Notes: a model not told the origin generated them from the sequence alone. A DNA stretch of 64,000 nucleotides from Amphiscolops sp. MND2022 (GCA_964187785.1 OZ076420.1:28582001-28646000), one strand, 5' to 3'; positions 14,112-26,002 are shown, counted from the first letter of the stretch. Numbers and translations: made by a program.

Positions 14112-14872
14112 TGTAACGGCAAGCTCTGGTACAGCAATATCAACTGATTTTGCAACTTTGACATGTTCAGAAATTTTGTCAAAAATTCTAATCCAATGTG
14201 TGACGTGGCACTGAGCATGTGATTGCTCTTTTCGCTGTTTCCACGAAATTGGCAGGTACTTCGACAACAAAGAGCAAGAACGAGCAATAACACGGGCGCG
14301 CCGCCATGACAGAAGCCAGAGACGGCAAGAACGACTGAAAATAGACTCTTTTTGAGGTGCTAACGATTTTCAGCATTATGCTACCCTATGTAGCGGAAAC
14401 CGTAAAAATGAGTCTTTTCGCCTAATTGTCCTTGTTTGGTGCTTGGAGTCCCTGCGCCCCAGCTTTTTAGCTGTGTGGTTTGCCATTTTCGTGCCTGTTT
14501 TCATCTATTTTCAGTGATTTTGGCTGTATTCAGTAGCGCTAGCGCTAGTTTAGATCTTCTTCCCCAATTTTAGATCTTATTCAACTGTCACCCTGGAACT
14601 GGAAATTTACCTTATTCTTGGCATTGTTTTTATATGCTAGTTAAGCGGTGGTCTTTAGAGAGCCAGAAAGATGCCCGTTACTATTAGCAATCAAAGACTA
14701 GGACCGGATGGACAGTGTTCGTCGAAGCACCCGCGGCCCCGGGACGTATTTCACCCCTGGAGGCAAAATGGATCTGTGGCGATGGGCGCCTGTCCCGAGC
14801 GATTCACCCATTCCTGCAGGTTCCTCCACCTCTGTTAACGCGTTAAGCGACCGATAACTGCTTGCCGTTACA
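14112..14872 (+). repeat. 5' LTR (761 bp)
   Basis: TG...CA ends with a 13-bp inverted terminus TGTAACGGCAAGC / GCTTGCCGTTACA. Near-identical to 23900-24672 apart from a 12-bp indel and a few SNPs. Confidence 0.9.
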
Positions 14873-17800
14873 TGAGACCTCATTTTTTGGCGACCACAGA
14901 GGGATCGCTTCCGATTACTGCCCTATTATATGGTTTTGAAATTTCCGACCCCCTGGTATTGGACGCCAAGAACGATTGGACTCTGGAAGGAGACGTTTAC
15001 CCAGGGTTTTTCCAATTTTTTTAGATGATATGACGTTATATTTTGGTATTTTTCCTCTATTTCGGGGAATTTTTCCGAGTACCTTCGGTTTGTTTTGATA
15101 ACAGGTATTTGTTGACAGGTATCGTCTAAAATTGCACGTTCCCATCAGCGGGTACCTTTGTAATGGCCTAGCGAACCGCTAGAAAGCCGTTACGCATGTT
15201 GTAACAGGTTTTTTACAGCTCATTTCAGCGTTTTTGGCTATGTACGAGGTATTCAGTTGATGGATGCGCCATGTTCCATCTGACCGGTAGATGAGCTGAA
15301 ACGAGTGTTCCCTACTCTCCTTTCCCATTTTCCCGTGGAGACGTGCTAGAAGCATGGGTTTTGGTGGAAAGCTAGAACAAACATTGACGTTGCCGACGGT
15401 CCAAACGGTTTCTCTCTGGCTGGTCTGGTTGTTGAGAAAAAAGACGGCGAAGGTACCACCCCTCATTCCGCAAGAATCGGTTTTTTGGAGTATGGTATGA
15501 AAAATTTTTTAGATTGTGTATTTTTTGACAGGGAATCATTTGTGCATGCTAGTTTTACCCTGTTGCAACTGAGTGTGTGCTTTTGCACCTGTTTTCAGTG
15601 AAAAAAGTGCGATTTTTAGTGCAAAAGTCGCAAAAACGTGATTTTTGGCATTTTTGAGTACTTTTCTTGGTACGAGCGCGAGCGCTCGAAGTATTAGCCA
15701 GAGCAGTTGCAAAAATGAATAGAAAGCAGCCCAAAACCTTGAGAGTTATGCTACATAATGTAACGACAACCAGAAAGGCCGTTGGAGTCCTTTTTGAGAC
15801 ACATTTTGCATGAAAAAACCCGGTTTTTGTCGAAATTGGCAAAAAACCACTATGAAATGCCACTGGGAGAGTGCTGGATTGTGATGTAATTGCCTCTTCC
15901 GTGCTGCTGTTAGTTTGGGGCACACTCCACAGTACCGAAAATAGGATTTAAGAGAGTTTGTAACGTTTTCTTGGTGAGAAGAGGTCGAAAAACCTTGATT
16001 TTTGGCCAGTTTCAGGAGTGCCAGAGTGCATCATTAAAACCTCTAGAGCACTCAGTGTTTTCGACACCTGAGAGCCCGCGCGCTCTCATTTTCTGTTTTT
16101 GTAGTAAAAACAACGCATTGTGGTGAAAACCGCGTGTAAAAACTCAAAGACTAGGACCGGTTGGACAGTATTCGTCGAAGCACCCGCGGCCCCGGGACGT
16201 ATTTCACCCCAGGAGGCAAAATGGATCTGTGGCGATGGGCGCCTGTCCCGAGCGATTCACCCATTCCTGCAGGTTCCTCCACCTCTGTTAACGCGTTAAG
16301 CGACCGATAACTGCTTGCCGTTACATGAGACCTCATTTTTTGGCGACCACAGGGGGATCGCTTCCGATTACTGCCCTATTATATGGTTTTGAAATTTCCG
16401 ACCCCCTGGTATTGGACGCCAAGAACGATTGGACTCTGGAAGGAGACGTTTACCAAGGGTTTTTCCAAATTTTTTAGATGATATGACGTTATATTTTGGT
16501 ATTTTTCCTCTATTTCGGGGAATTTTTCCGAGTACCTTCGGTTTGTTTTGATAACAGGTATTTGTTGACAGGTATCGTCTAAAATTGCACGTTCCCATCA
16601 GCGGGTACCTTTGTAATGGCCTAGCGAACCGCTAGAAAGCCGTTACGCATGTTGTAACAGGTTTTTTACAGCTCATTTCAGCGTTTTTGGCTATGTACGA
16701 GGTATTCAGTTGATGGATGCGCCATGTTCCATCTGACCGGTAGATGAGCTGAAACGAGTGTTCCCTACTCTCCTTTCCCATTTCCCGTGGAGACGTGCTA
16801 GAAGCATGGGTTTTGGTGGAAAGCTAGAACAAACATTGACGTTGCCGACGGTCCAAACGGTTTCTCTCTGGCTGGTCTGGTTGTTGAGAAAAAAGACGGC
16901 GAAGGTACCACCCCTCATTCCGCAAGAATCGGTTTTTTGGAGTATGGTATGAAAAATTTTTTAGATTGTGTATTTTTTGACAGGGAACCATTTGTGCATG
17001 CTAGTTTTACCCTGTTGCAACTGAGTGTGTGCTTTTGCACCTGTTTTCAGTGAAAAAAGTGCGATTTTTAGTGCAAAAGTCGCAAAAACGTGATTTTTGG
17101 CATTTTTGAGTACTTTTCTTGGTACGAGCGCGAGCGCTCGAAGTATTAGCCACAGCAGTTGCAAAAATGAATAGAAAGCAGCCCAAAACCTTGAGGGTTA
17201 TGCTACATAATGTAACGACAACCAGAAAGGCCGTTGGAGTCCTTTTTGAGACACATTTTGCATGAAAAAACCCGGTTTTTGTCGAAATTGGCAAAAAACC
17301 ACTATGAAATGCCACTGGGAGAGTGCTGGATTGTGATGTAATTGCCTCTTCCGTGCTGCTGTTAGTTTGGGGCACACTCCACAGTACCGAAAATAGGATT
17401 TAAGAGAGTTTGTAACGTTTTCTTGGTGAGAAGAGGTCGAAAAACCTTGATTTTTGGCCAGTTTCAGGAGTGCCAGAGTGCATCATTAAAACCTCTAGGG
17501 CACTCAGTGTTTTCGACACCTGAGAGCCCGCGCGCTCTCATTTTCTGTTTTTGTAGTAAAAACAACGCATTGTGGTGAAAACCGCGTGTAAAAACTCAAA
17601 GACTAGGACCGGTTGGACAGTATTCGTCGAAGCACCCGCGGCCCCGGGACGTATTTCACCCCAGGAGGCAAAATGGATCTGTGGCGATGGGCGCCTGTCC
17701 CGAGCGATTCACCCATTCCTGCAGGTTCCTCCACCTCTGTTAACGCGTTAAGCGACCGATAACTGCTTGCCGTTACATGAGACCTCATTTTTTGGCGACC

Positions 17801-19047
17801 ACAGGGGGATCGCTTCCGATTACTGCCCTATTATATGGTTTTGAAATTTCCGACCCCCTGGTTTTGGACGCCAAGAACGATTGGACTCTGGAAGGAGACG
17901 TTTACCCAGGGTTTTTCCAAATTTTTTAGATGATATGACGTTATATTTTGGTATTTTTCCTGTATTTCGGGGAATTTTTCCGAGTACCTTCGGTTTGTTT
18001 TGATAACAGGTATTTGTTGACAGGTATCGTCTAAAATTGCACGTTCCCATCAGCGGGTACCTTTGTAATGGCCTAGCGAACCGCTAGAAAGCCGTTACGC
18101 ATGTTGTAACAGGTGTTTTACAGCTCATTTCAGCGTTTTTGGCTGTGTACGAGGTATTCAGTTGATGGATGCGCCATGTTCCATCTGACCGGTAGATGAG
18201 CTGAAACGAGTGTTCCCTACTCTCCTTTCCCATTTCCCGTGGAGACGTGCTAGAAGCATGGGTTTTGGTGGAAAGCTGGAACAAACATTGACGTTGCCGA
18301 CGGTCCAAACGGTTTCTCTCTGGCTGGTCTGGTTGTTGAGAAAAAAGACGGCGAAGGTACCACCCCTCATTCCGCAAGAATCGGTTTTTTGGAGTATTGT
18401 ATGAAAAATTTTTTAGATTGTGTATTTTTTGACAGGGAATCATTTGTGCATGCTAGTTTTACCCTGTTGCAACTGAGTGTGTGCTTTTGCACCTGTTTTC
18501 AGTGAAAAAAGTGCGATTTTTAGTGCAAAAGTCGCAAAAACGTGATTTTTGGCATTTTTGAGTACTTTTCTTGGTACGAGCGCGAGCGCTCGAAGTATTA
18601 GCCACAGCAGTTGCAAAAATGAATAGAAAGCAGCCCAAAACCTTGAGGGTTATGCTACATAATGTAACGACAACCAGAAAGGCCGTTGGAGTCCTTTTTG
18701 AGACACATTTTGCATGAAAAAACCCGGTTTTTGTCGAATTTGGCAAAAAACCACTATGAAATGCCACTGGGAGAGTGCTGGATTGTGATGTAATTGCCTC
18801 TTCCGTGCTGCTGTTAGTTTTGGGCACACTCCACAGTACCGAAAATAGGATTTAAGAGAGTTTGTAACGTTTTCTTGGTGAGAAGAGGTCGAAAAACCTT
18901 GATTTTTGGCCAGTTTCAGGAGTGCCAGAGTGCATCATTAAAACCTCTAGGGCACTCAGTGTTTTCGACACCTGAGAGCCCGCGCGCTCTCATTTTCTGT
19001 TTTTGTAGTAAAAACAACGCATTATGGTGAAAACCGCGTGTAAAAAC
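14691..19047 (+). repeat. Three tandem copies of a 1452-1453-bp unit (LTR 3' 182 bp + PBS + leader)
   Basis: Units start at TCAAAGACTAGG at 14691, 16144 and 17596; roughly 99% identical by eye, with scattered SNPs and 1-bp indels. Confidence 0.95.
14888..14905 (+). promoter_or_regulatory. Primer-binding site, tRNA-Arg-like (further copies at 16341 and 17793)
   Basis: TGGCGACCACAGAGGGAT is complementary to an 18-nt tRNA 3' end AUCCCUCUGUGGUCG-CCA, which fits T-stem, acceptor strand and G discriminator geometry and resembles animal tRNA-Arg(TCG). It lies 15 nt from the LTR end. Confidence 0.75.
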
Positions 19048-21795
19048 TCCCATTCAGTGCTGAGAAAAGTGGAAAAACGCACTGAATTTGATCAGTTTTC
19101 CACAAAACCGGACTGTCTCTGAGCTAGGGTCGGGTCATCGATTCCTGAACCCTAGCCAAAAAGTGAGTGCTTTTTCGTAACCACCACAAAAATTAACGTT
19201 AGTGCCGAAAATTTGGTGAGCGTATCCGTCACCAAAGTCGAGAAAAGCTCTCTGACGTTTCGACTACAGAGAAGCGTAAGAGGACCGAAAAAAATCCAAA
19301 ACTGCAGGACTGTCAGTGCCTTATACCCAACGGGCAAAACCAATTGAGGGTTTATTCCAGTGCTACGGATAGTGGGGCAACACGTTGGTCCCATTTTGCC
19401 CGCCGTATCACTTTCTGAGGTGATCCTCTTGGTCAATTTGTGAAAAAAGTTGTCAAAAACAGTGTTTTTTCGTGTACAACGTACATAGTAGGTCGAAACC
19501 TCAAATAAGCGCTCGCGCTTCAATTCGACCATATCAGTGGCATTGTAGGTGCCCACTGGCATAAACAACCAAGTTTGGTGCCGATCTGTGTGATACTTGT
19601 TGAGAAAATAGGAAAAACGTGGCACCCAAAAAAGTGCGCAAAAAGGCAGTTTTTTCTTAATTTTTCCGAGTAACCCGGGCACCTTAGCCGACGGGTGTGG
19701 CTATATTGCAGCCCACTATCGTAACCTGTGCTAGTTCCTACGTTGCTGCAGAGAATTTGAGCTTGCTAGCTCTTTGCAGTGGACCGCAATCTTGAAAAAG
19801 ACGTGAAAAACAGTGTATTTCGGTACATAGTGGTACCGCACGTCTGTACTTGGGTGAAACTGTGTAGAAGCGGTGCAGCTCAAAACTGTGTTCATTTTCG
19901 TAAACCTACGTGTACCTAAGATCTGCTGGTCATTTTTGGGCTGGATACGGCGCTTCCAGTGCACAAACAAGCCTCTTGAGTGTTGTGGTGCGATTTGTGG
20001 AAAATCCAAAAATTCTTTGAAATTCTTCCTGTGGGTGACTGCAGACTTTTTGCCCTAAACCAGGTTGATTCTCTGGCCCAGTGTGCTTGTGGGAAAGCGT
20101 TGTGCAAATTTGAACAGCCTACGAGCCTTAGAACATGTTTTGAAAAATCTTGGACGTTGAGAAACATCAATTTTCTTAAGTCCTCACCGAGACGAGCAGA
20201 AGGCCAAATCCTTGAGGAGACCCCCTGCAAGCCTACCACCGTCTATTTCACTACTCTAACAGCGTGGTTGGTGCCTACTGACAGCGTCTGCCAAGTTTGG
20301 TGTCAATTGCTACTATATCTGTTGAGAAATTGACTAAAACAAACTGCAAAAGAAGGTGCGCAAGAAGGCGAATTCTACGAAGTCTTGTGGGATTGCCTGA
20401 ACACCTTATTCAAAGAGTGGGGCCAAATTGCTGCCCACTATCGTAACCAGTGCAAACTTATCTTTTTGTTGCCGAAAAAACGAGCGTGAACGCTCTTTGC
20501 AGTTCGCCAGAATCTGGGTTGACACGTGAGAAACAGTACATCTTGGAACACAGTGACACCGAACGTCTGTACTGTGTTGAAACTTCACCTAGTCATCTCA
20601 GCACAAATCAACTTTTATTCCCTTGTACCGCAACCTACGTGGGATTGTGTGGTTGATTTTGAAGCCGATCCTGCGTTTCTAGCGTTAGCGCTAGCCTCTG
20701 GAGTTTTTTCAAGTGAATCTGAAAAACCCGAAAAATACCTAAAAAACCTCTGACCCGTGACTGGATCCTAATACCCCGATTCCGGACTCACTTTCTGGGT
20801 CAGTGCATCAATCCGGAAGTGCTGCATACCTTCCAGCACACTACAACCCTTGGGACTAATTTCGACTCTTCTTGGACGTGCATGGTCATTGTTCCAGTTT
20901 AAGGTTTCACCGAGACGAAAACTGGGGAAGTGGGAAAAAAGCCAGTTCTACGTGCTGGAAACCTGTTGAAACCCCTAGTTTGAACTCCCAGCAGTTAGTT
21001 CATTGCTGTGCGTGTGATATTTGATCAGTATCGAGTGGGCTGCCCTGCTGGATCATAGCATTTTGTTACTTGAAGCTGTGATATCCTGTGTATCGTAACG
21101 AATTAGATCATTTTTTGGAACTGTCGGCGCACCTTTTTGGAAAGTTGGGATAACATTACCCTGGACTATTCCTATTAGTGTCAGTTGGTGCACCATTGCT
21201 GAAAAAAGTGAGCTCGAGAGCTCAGCACTGTGGACGAGAGTCTTTGATTGCATGTGAAAAATCGTGTCAATCGAGACACGGTGATACGGAACGTCAGTAT
21301 CAGATCTAAATCTTGCCCAGTGGTTTGAATTCTCATTGGTTGTTACTGTAGTGTAGCTGGCCATACGTGTGATCGCATGACCAACTTTGAGCCTGATACC
21401 ACGTTTCCAGCACTTGTACAAGCCAAACGAGTAATTTTCGAAAAAAGTTGAAAAATCCAAAAATCGTTGAAAAAGGCTCTAGGTTGAAGCTGGAGGCAAT
21501 TATCAGCTACGGAAGGTTATTTTTCTGACTTGTGTGGCTGACGAAACGTGCTGTGTCATTTTTTACCCAGTACGATTGATAAAACTGAATTTGACTCTGT
21601 TCAGACACACGTTTTGAACGAAAATCCCAAGAATCCATCAAAAAACTATCATTGTAAATCCTCAATACTTCCGCTGTACAAGAGGCAGACCCAAAAAGCA
21701 TTCCTTTTCCAACGGAAAGGACCCAGTAAATCTTCCTGGGTGCAAACGAGGCAAATCCCACGGTTCAAAAAAATTGCCGGCAGGGGTCATAAATT

Positions 21796-22776
21796 ATGGA
21801 CTCCTCTAGGACTTCGAAATTTGATCCTGAACAGTTCAAGTCAGCAGTGTTGCGAGCCTGGGACGCACTCTCGACTATGGGACTCTGGATGGATGAGATA
21901 TCAGATTTTTTGAAACAAAGCACGCTTTGCCAGGAGAAACTGCTAGCGCGAGCGCTAGCACAAATGCAGATCAATATTTCAGACGCCGTCGAATCAGAAC
22001 CATTGACACCGCCAACAGAAGACATGGGGGTGGACCCAATATCTTTGGAAACCACAACCATATGGATTGCTTTGTGTATTGCTGAGACTTTGGCTGAATA
22101 TCACGCCGTTGATAATGGGTTGCGCGAGCGCAACCTCCACTCAAGTGATACGAAGAATGAACGAATATCAATCTCACCCTCCACTTCCTTATCGCAAGAT
22201 TCTGTGAGCAACTCTCACTTCCCTGGAACAAAGTCCCTAATATCAACTACGAAGTTGCTACCGAACTTGCGGAAAGACTCCTTTGAGCCACATTCTGCTA
22301 AACGTGGGCTACAGGATTTTATTCAGGTGGACCCGCCAGTCTTTATCAATTGGTTGCCTGGTGGTTCAGCTAAAACTCGACCAACTGGTCATAGACGTGG
22401 TCGACCACCGCGCACAGACTTTGAGCACTCATGGCAAAAAGTTCTGTTGTCCCTTTATGATGAACGTCGCCGTGGCCGTCCACCACGTCAAATTCTACCA
22501 TGGTCGCTTCGACCGAAGGGACATAGGCGAGGCCGTCCTCCGAACAACCATTCCAGTCTTGAGACAGACCCAGTCTCCACAGTTTTCTTTATCGGACTTC
22601 CTGATGCTTCATGCTTGTTGCACGTCCTGCTGCTATTGGATGGTGATGTCTATCCAGTCCAAACCACACTCCACTTCTTTTCAAAGGGGGAGGAGGTGTC
22701 GTCAACGCTTAATTTTTCCTGCTGCAATTTTATGTCAGGCATTCAATTTTGTCCATTCCTCACTATCCTCATGTGA
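21796..22776 (+). CDS. 326-aa ORF with three AT-hook-like RRGRPP motifs, inside the non-autonomous LTR element
   Basis: Real ATG, uninterrupted frame. RRGRPP at 22393, 22468 and 22525 is encoded by different synonymous codons each time. Confidence 0.6.
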   Translation: MDSSRTSKFDPEQFKSAVLRAWDALSTMGLWMDEISDFLKQSTLCQEKLLARALAQMQINISDAVESEPLTPPTEDMGVDPISLETTTIWIALCIAETLAEYHAVDNGLRERNLHSSDTKNERISISPSTSLSQDSVSNSHFPGTKSLISTTKLLPNLRKDSFEPHSAKRGLQDFIQVDPPVFINWLPGGSAKTRPTGHRRGRPPRTDFEHSWQKVLLSLYDERRRGRPPRQILPWSLRPKGHRRGRPPNNHSSLETDPVSTVFFIGLPDASCLLHVLLLLDGDVYPVQTTLHFFSKGEEVSSTLNFSCCNFMSGIQFCPFLTILM

Positions 22777-23883
22777 AAGAGGGTGCTCAACAACTAAGGC
22801 CCGGGGAGTCAACTAAGGCCCGGGGAGCCTCAGTTGAAGACAAACACCCCTACACTCATCAACTCAATTGGATAACGCCCGGAGGATATCACTACGTTTG
22901 GTAATGGATACCTTGCAGCGTGATGTTCTTGTCGGAGCAGTTTTTTCTGCAACTTTGTTTCGTAATTTTAGTAGCCATGTAAACGTACGTCGCGAAATTT
23001 TTGTTTTAGTTTTTTTCGAGATGTTTGAATTCAAATACTTCTGTTGATTCAATAAATAACCCAAAAACTCTACATGTATTGCTACGCCCGAAAGGTGCTA
23101 TTTTTTTTCAAGATTTCCTGAAGTTTCCTCCAGATTCCAACGTGATATCCGGAAAAATAAAGAGCGCGCGCGCTCCTGATCTGCAAATAGCAAGATTTGA
23201 TCTACCTTTGTCTGCTTTACTCCAGCGCTTACTCTTACGAGCAGTACGTAGTTTGCTTCTGATGCGCTCCTTGACAGATGCTACTGAACTCTATACAGGT
23301 ATGGAGCTGCACATCAGTGCGTGTTGCCCAAACCAAGCCGAACTGTAAAAAAGTATCAAAGAAACAGCTTGTCTTCCTTTTAAACAGTGGTTTTACTGCT
23401 GAAAAGAAGTTTTAGCGAAAAGAACTTTTAACTGTGCTGCAAACTGAAATTTTATTGCCGTTGAAAAGATTTTTTGCTGAGAACCACGTGCGCTTTGGAG
23501 CGTGAGCGCTCCGTAAAAGAAATTTTAGACGTCCAAAAACCAAAGTGCTAGCAGGATCCTATTCAGACTTTTGCAGAAAACTCGTGCTAAAAAAGTGGTG
23601 CTTTTTTAAAATTAATGTATGGAATCTTGGATTTGATCATTTTCAAGGTGCATTTTTGAGTACTGGTTTTCTAGCTCTCGAGCTAGCTCTGTTTCAACAG
23701 TTTGTGGACGATGCAGGGTCTCTGGATGGCAAGAAGCAAGACCTCATGGGTGCCCAATCAGCTAAAGATGGCAGTGCCACTGGACCGTTGCAACATCACC
23801 AGCTTGAGACCCCCGTGGATTGCACTCATGATGTGGAGATGTATTCAATGCCAGCCTCTCCGCATGACAGGGACGTCATGCAT

Positions 23884-23896
23884 AAAGCCCGGGGAG
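23884..23896 (+). promoter_or_regulatory. Polypurine tract
   Basis: AAAGCCCGGGGAG, 3 nt before the right LTR TGTAAC at 23900. Confidence 0.65.
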
Positions 23897-23899
23897 TGA

Positions 23900-24672
23900 T
23901 GTAACGGCAAGCTCTGGTACAGCAATATCAACTGATTTTGCAACTTTGACATGTTCAGAAATTTTGTCAAAAATTCTAATCCAATGTGTGACGTGGCACT
24001 GAGCATGTGATTGCTCTTTTCGCTGTTTCCACGAAATTGGCAGGTACTTCGACAACAAAGAGCAAGAACGAGCAAAAACACGGGCGCGCCGCCATGACAG
24101 AAGCCAGAGACGGCAAGAACGACTGAAAATAGACTCTTTTTGAGGTGCTAACACCGGTTTTATCGATTTTCAGCATTATGCTACCCTATGTAGCGGAAAC
24201 CGTAAAAATGAGTCTTTTCGCCTAATTGTCCTTGTTTGGTGCTTGGAGTCCCTGCGCCCCAGCTTTTTAGCTGTGTGGTTTGCCATTTTCGTGCCTGTTT
24301 TCATGTATTTTCAGTGATTTTGGCTGTATTCAGTAGCGCTAGCGCTAGTTTAGATCTTATTCCCCAATTTTAGATCTTATTCAACTGTCACCCTGGAACT
24401 GGAAATTTACCTTATTCTTGGCATTGTTTTTATATGCTAGGTAAGCGGTGGTCTTTAGAGAGCCAGAAAGATGCCCGTTACTATTAGCAATCAAAGACTA
24501 GGACCGGTTGGACAGTATTCGTCGAAGCACCCGCGGCCCCGGGACGTATTTCACCCCTGGAGGCAAAATGGATCTGTGGCGATGGGCGCCTGTCCCGAGC
24601 GATTCACCCATTCCTGCAGGTTCCTCCACCTCTGTTAACGCGTTAAGCGACCGATAACTGCTTGCCGTTACA
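23900..24672 (+). repeat. 3' LTR (773 bp)
   Basis: Same 13-bp inverted termini as the left LTR; similarity ends abruptly at GTTACA 24672. Confidence 0.9.
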
Positions 24673-24773
24673 TTGCTCTTTTTATTTTTGCTTTTCTCCG
24701 CCAAATGCGTTATTTTTTTGTCATTGACCACACCACTAAGCTAGGGATTAAGGACTTGTTTAAGGCCCAACAA

Positions 24774-24848
24774 TGGTGAATTGAGAGAGATTCGAACCTG
24801 TTACCGCCCCAGTACAGGACGAATGCTCTACCCACTACACCATGCTCC
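24774..24848 (-). pseudogene. tRNA-derived sequence (SINE head or tRNA pseudogene)
   Basis: A-box TGGTGTAGTGG and B-box GGTTCGAATC on the - strand; the acceptor stem does not pair. Confidence 0.5.
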
Positions 24849-25120
24849 CCCCTACACCATGCTCCCCAAGACTTCCTTATGCTGATTCGAGCGTTAGAAC
24901 AAATTATTGCATTTCAAAGTTTACCTCTATTATTTTAGTACAATGCTTTTTCCGGGAAACAACAACGTTCCAATACTCTGCATTCTGTAATCAACATTTT
25001 CGTAACTGTCGTGCACTAAATATGCGAGTGGATTTGACTTTTGTGCAGATAATTTTGAAAATTGCGTTTTAGTTTTTTTGTTTTTACTTTTCGTGGTCTT
25101 CTAAAGTTTTCTGCTTTTAG

Positions 25121-25266
25121 GTAACAGTTACCCGTCATTGCTAGGTGATATCCTGTCTAGCACCTTAGGAGTCATTGGCTTTTCTTGGGAGTCATGTCCG
25201 GCGTGCACAGATCTGGAAGTTGTCATGTTGGACTGGCTCGCTAAAGCCATGGGGATGCCTGAACAT
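25121..25266 (+). CDS. Ddc: Aromatic L-amino acid decarboxylase, exon 2
   Basis: ttttag acceptor; (G)NSYPSLLGDILSSTLGVIGFSWESCPACTDLEVVMLDWLAKAMGMPEH; GT donor at 25267 (phase 0). Too short for the ORF track. Confidence 0.92.
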
Positions 25267-25891
25267 GTTTGTACACAAAAAACTTGGACTTCTAATATTT
25301 GTGCTAATCCTGAATAATTGCTTGGTCAACGTAGCAAGTCCATAGAATATCGAATCAGAAGAAAAAAAATTTCAATCAATGTTTTAGATTATTGCAGAAT
25401 AAAAATAGTTCTATTTGTGCTTTGTAACGTGTATAGGGTTTTTCAAAATGCTTTGAAGTCAAGTGAATCCCTGGTTTTCCAAGCTGCAGAGAAGTCTTAC
25501 ATGAATTTCGCCTTTGTGGTCCCTGTATGAACTATTTGTTCTGAAAAAAATTGCAGCATTCAAAACGTTCTTGTAACTAAAATTGCAAAATCACATCAAC
25601 TAAAATTGCGAAAATGTGCTACCTTTGAGAAGTTCCTCACAGCATATAAATTTTATTGACTATTGGAAAGCCGGAACATTTTCCCTGTTAGTTAGAACTG
25701 AGTCAATTATCAGCAAAAAACATAAAAAGGACTAACAAGAGAGTGTAAAATCCACTTTTCTGAAGAAAATCTGAAGCGTTAATTATGTCTGAAAACTGAT
25801 CCCGGGTTGAGATTGCCGGAAATTCTTTCATGCGCAGACATGCAATATTGCCTGTTTCATTTTCACATTTTTTCACGCAGAGTTTTTTCAG

Positions 25892-26002
25892 TTTCTATCC
25901 ACTTCCGGTCAAGGAGGAGGAGTTATCCACCAATCAGCCAGTGATGCCAACCTTTTCACCATGATGGTGGCTCGAAATCTGGCCAGAAGGAAAATCGAAG
26001 AG
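25892..26002 (+). CDS. Ddc: Aromatic L-amino acid decarboxylase, exon 3
   Basis: ttttttcag acceptor; FLSTSGQGGGVIHQSASDANLFTMMVARNLARRKIEE (GGGVIQ-type motif); GTACAT donor at 26003. Confidence 0.9.

Larger units (their letters stand above)
14112..24672 (+). mobile_element. Non-autonomous LTR retroelement (LARD-like, no gag/pol) in Ddc intron 1
   Basis: Direct repeats 14112-14872 and 23900-24672, PBS after the left LTR, PPT before the right LTR. No RT, integrase, protease or CCHC motif seen in the interior. Confidence 0.85.

Noticed and set aside
14698-18827. Repeated - strand ORFs (61-122 aa) in the 1452-bp tandem units
   Set aside because: They recur only because the DNA is repeated; 1-bp indels change frames between copies and no domain is recognisable.
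14691-19047. CRISPR array or RNA gene array
   Set aside because: The units are kb-sized and identical throughout, with no unique spacers and no rRNA/snRNA similarity; the context is eukaryotic.
24774-24848. Functional tRNA gene
   Set aside because: The acceptor stem cannot pair; kept only as a tRNA-derived relic.
25878-25891. Alternative acceptor (cacgcag at 25880) for Ddc exon 3
   Set aside because: It adds 11 nt and shifts the frame.
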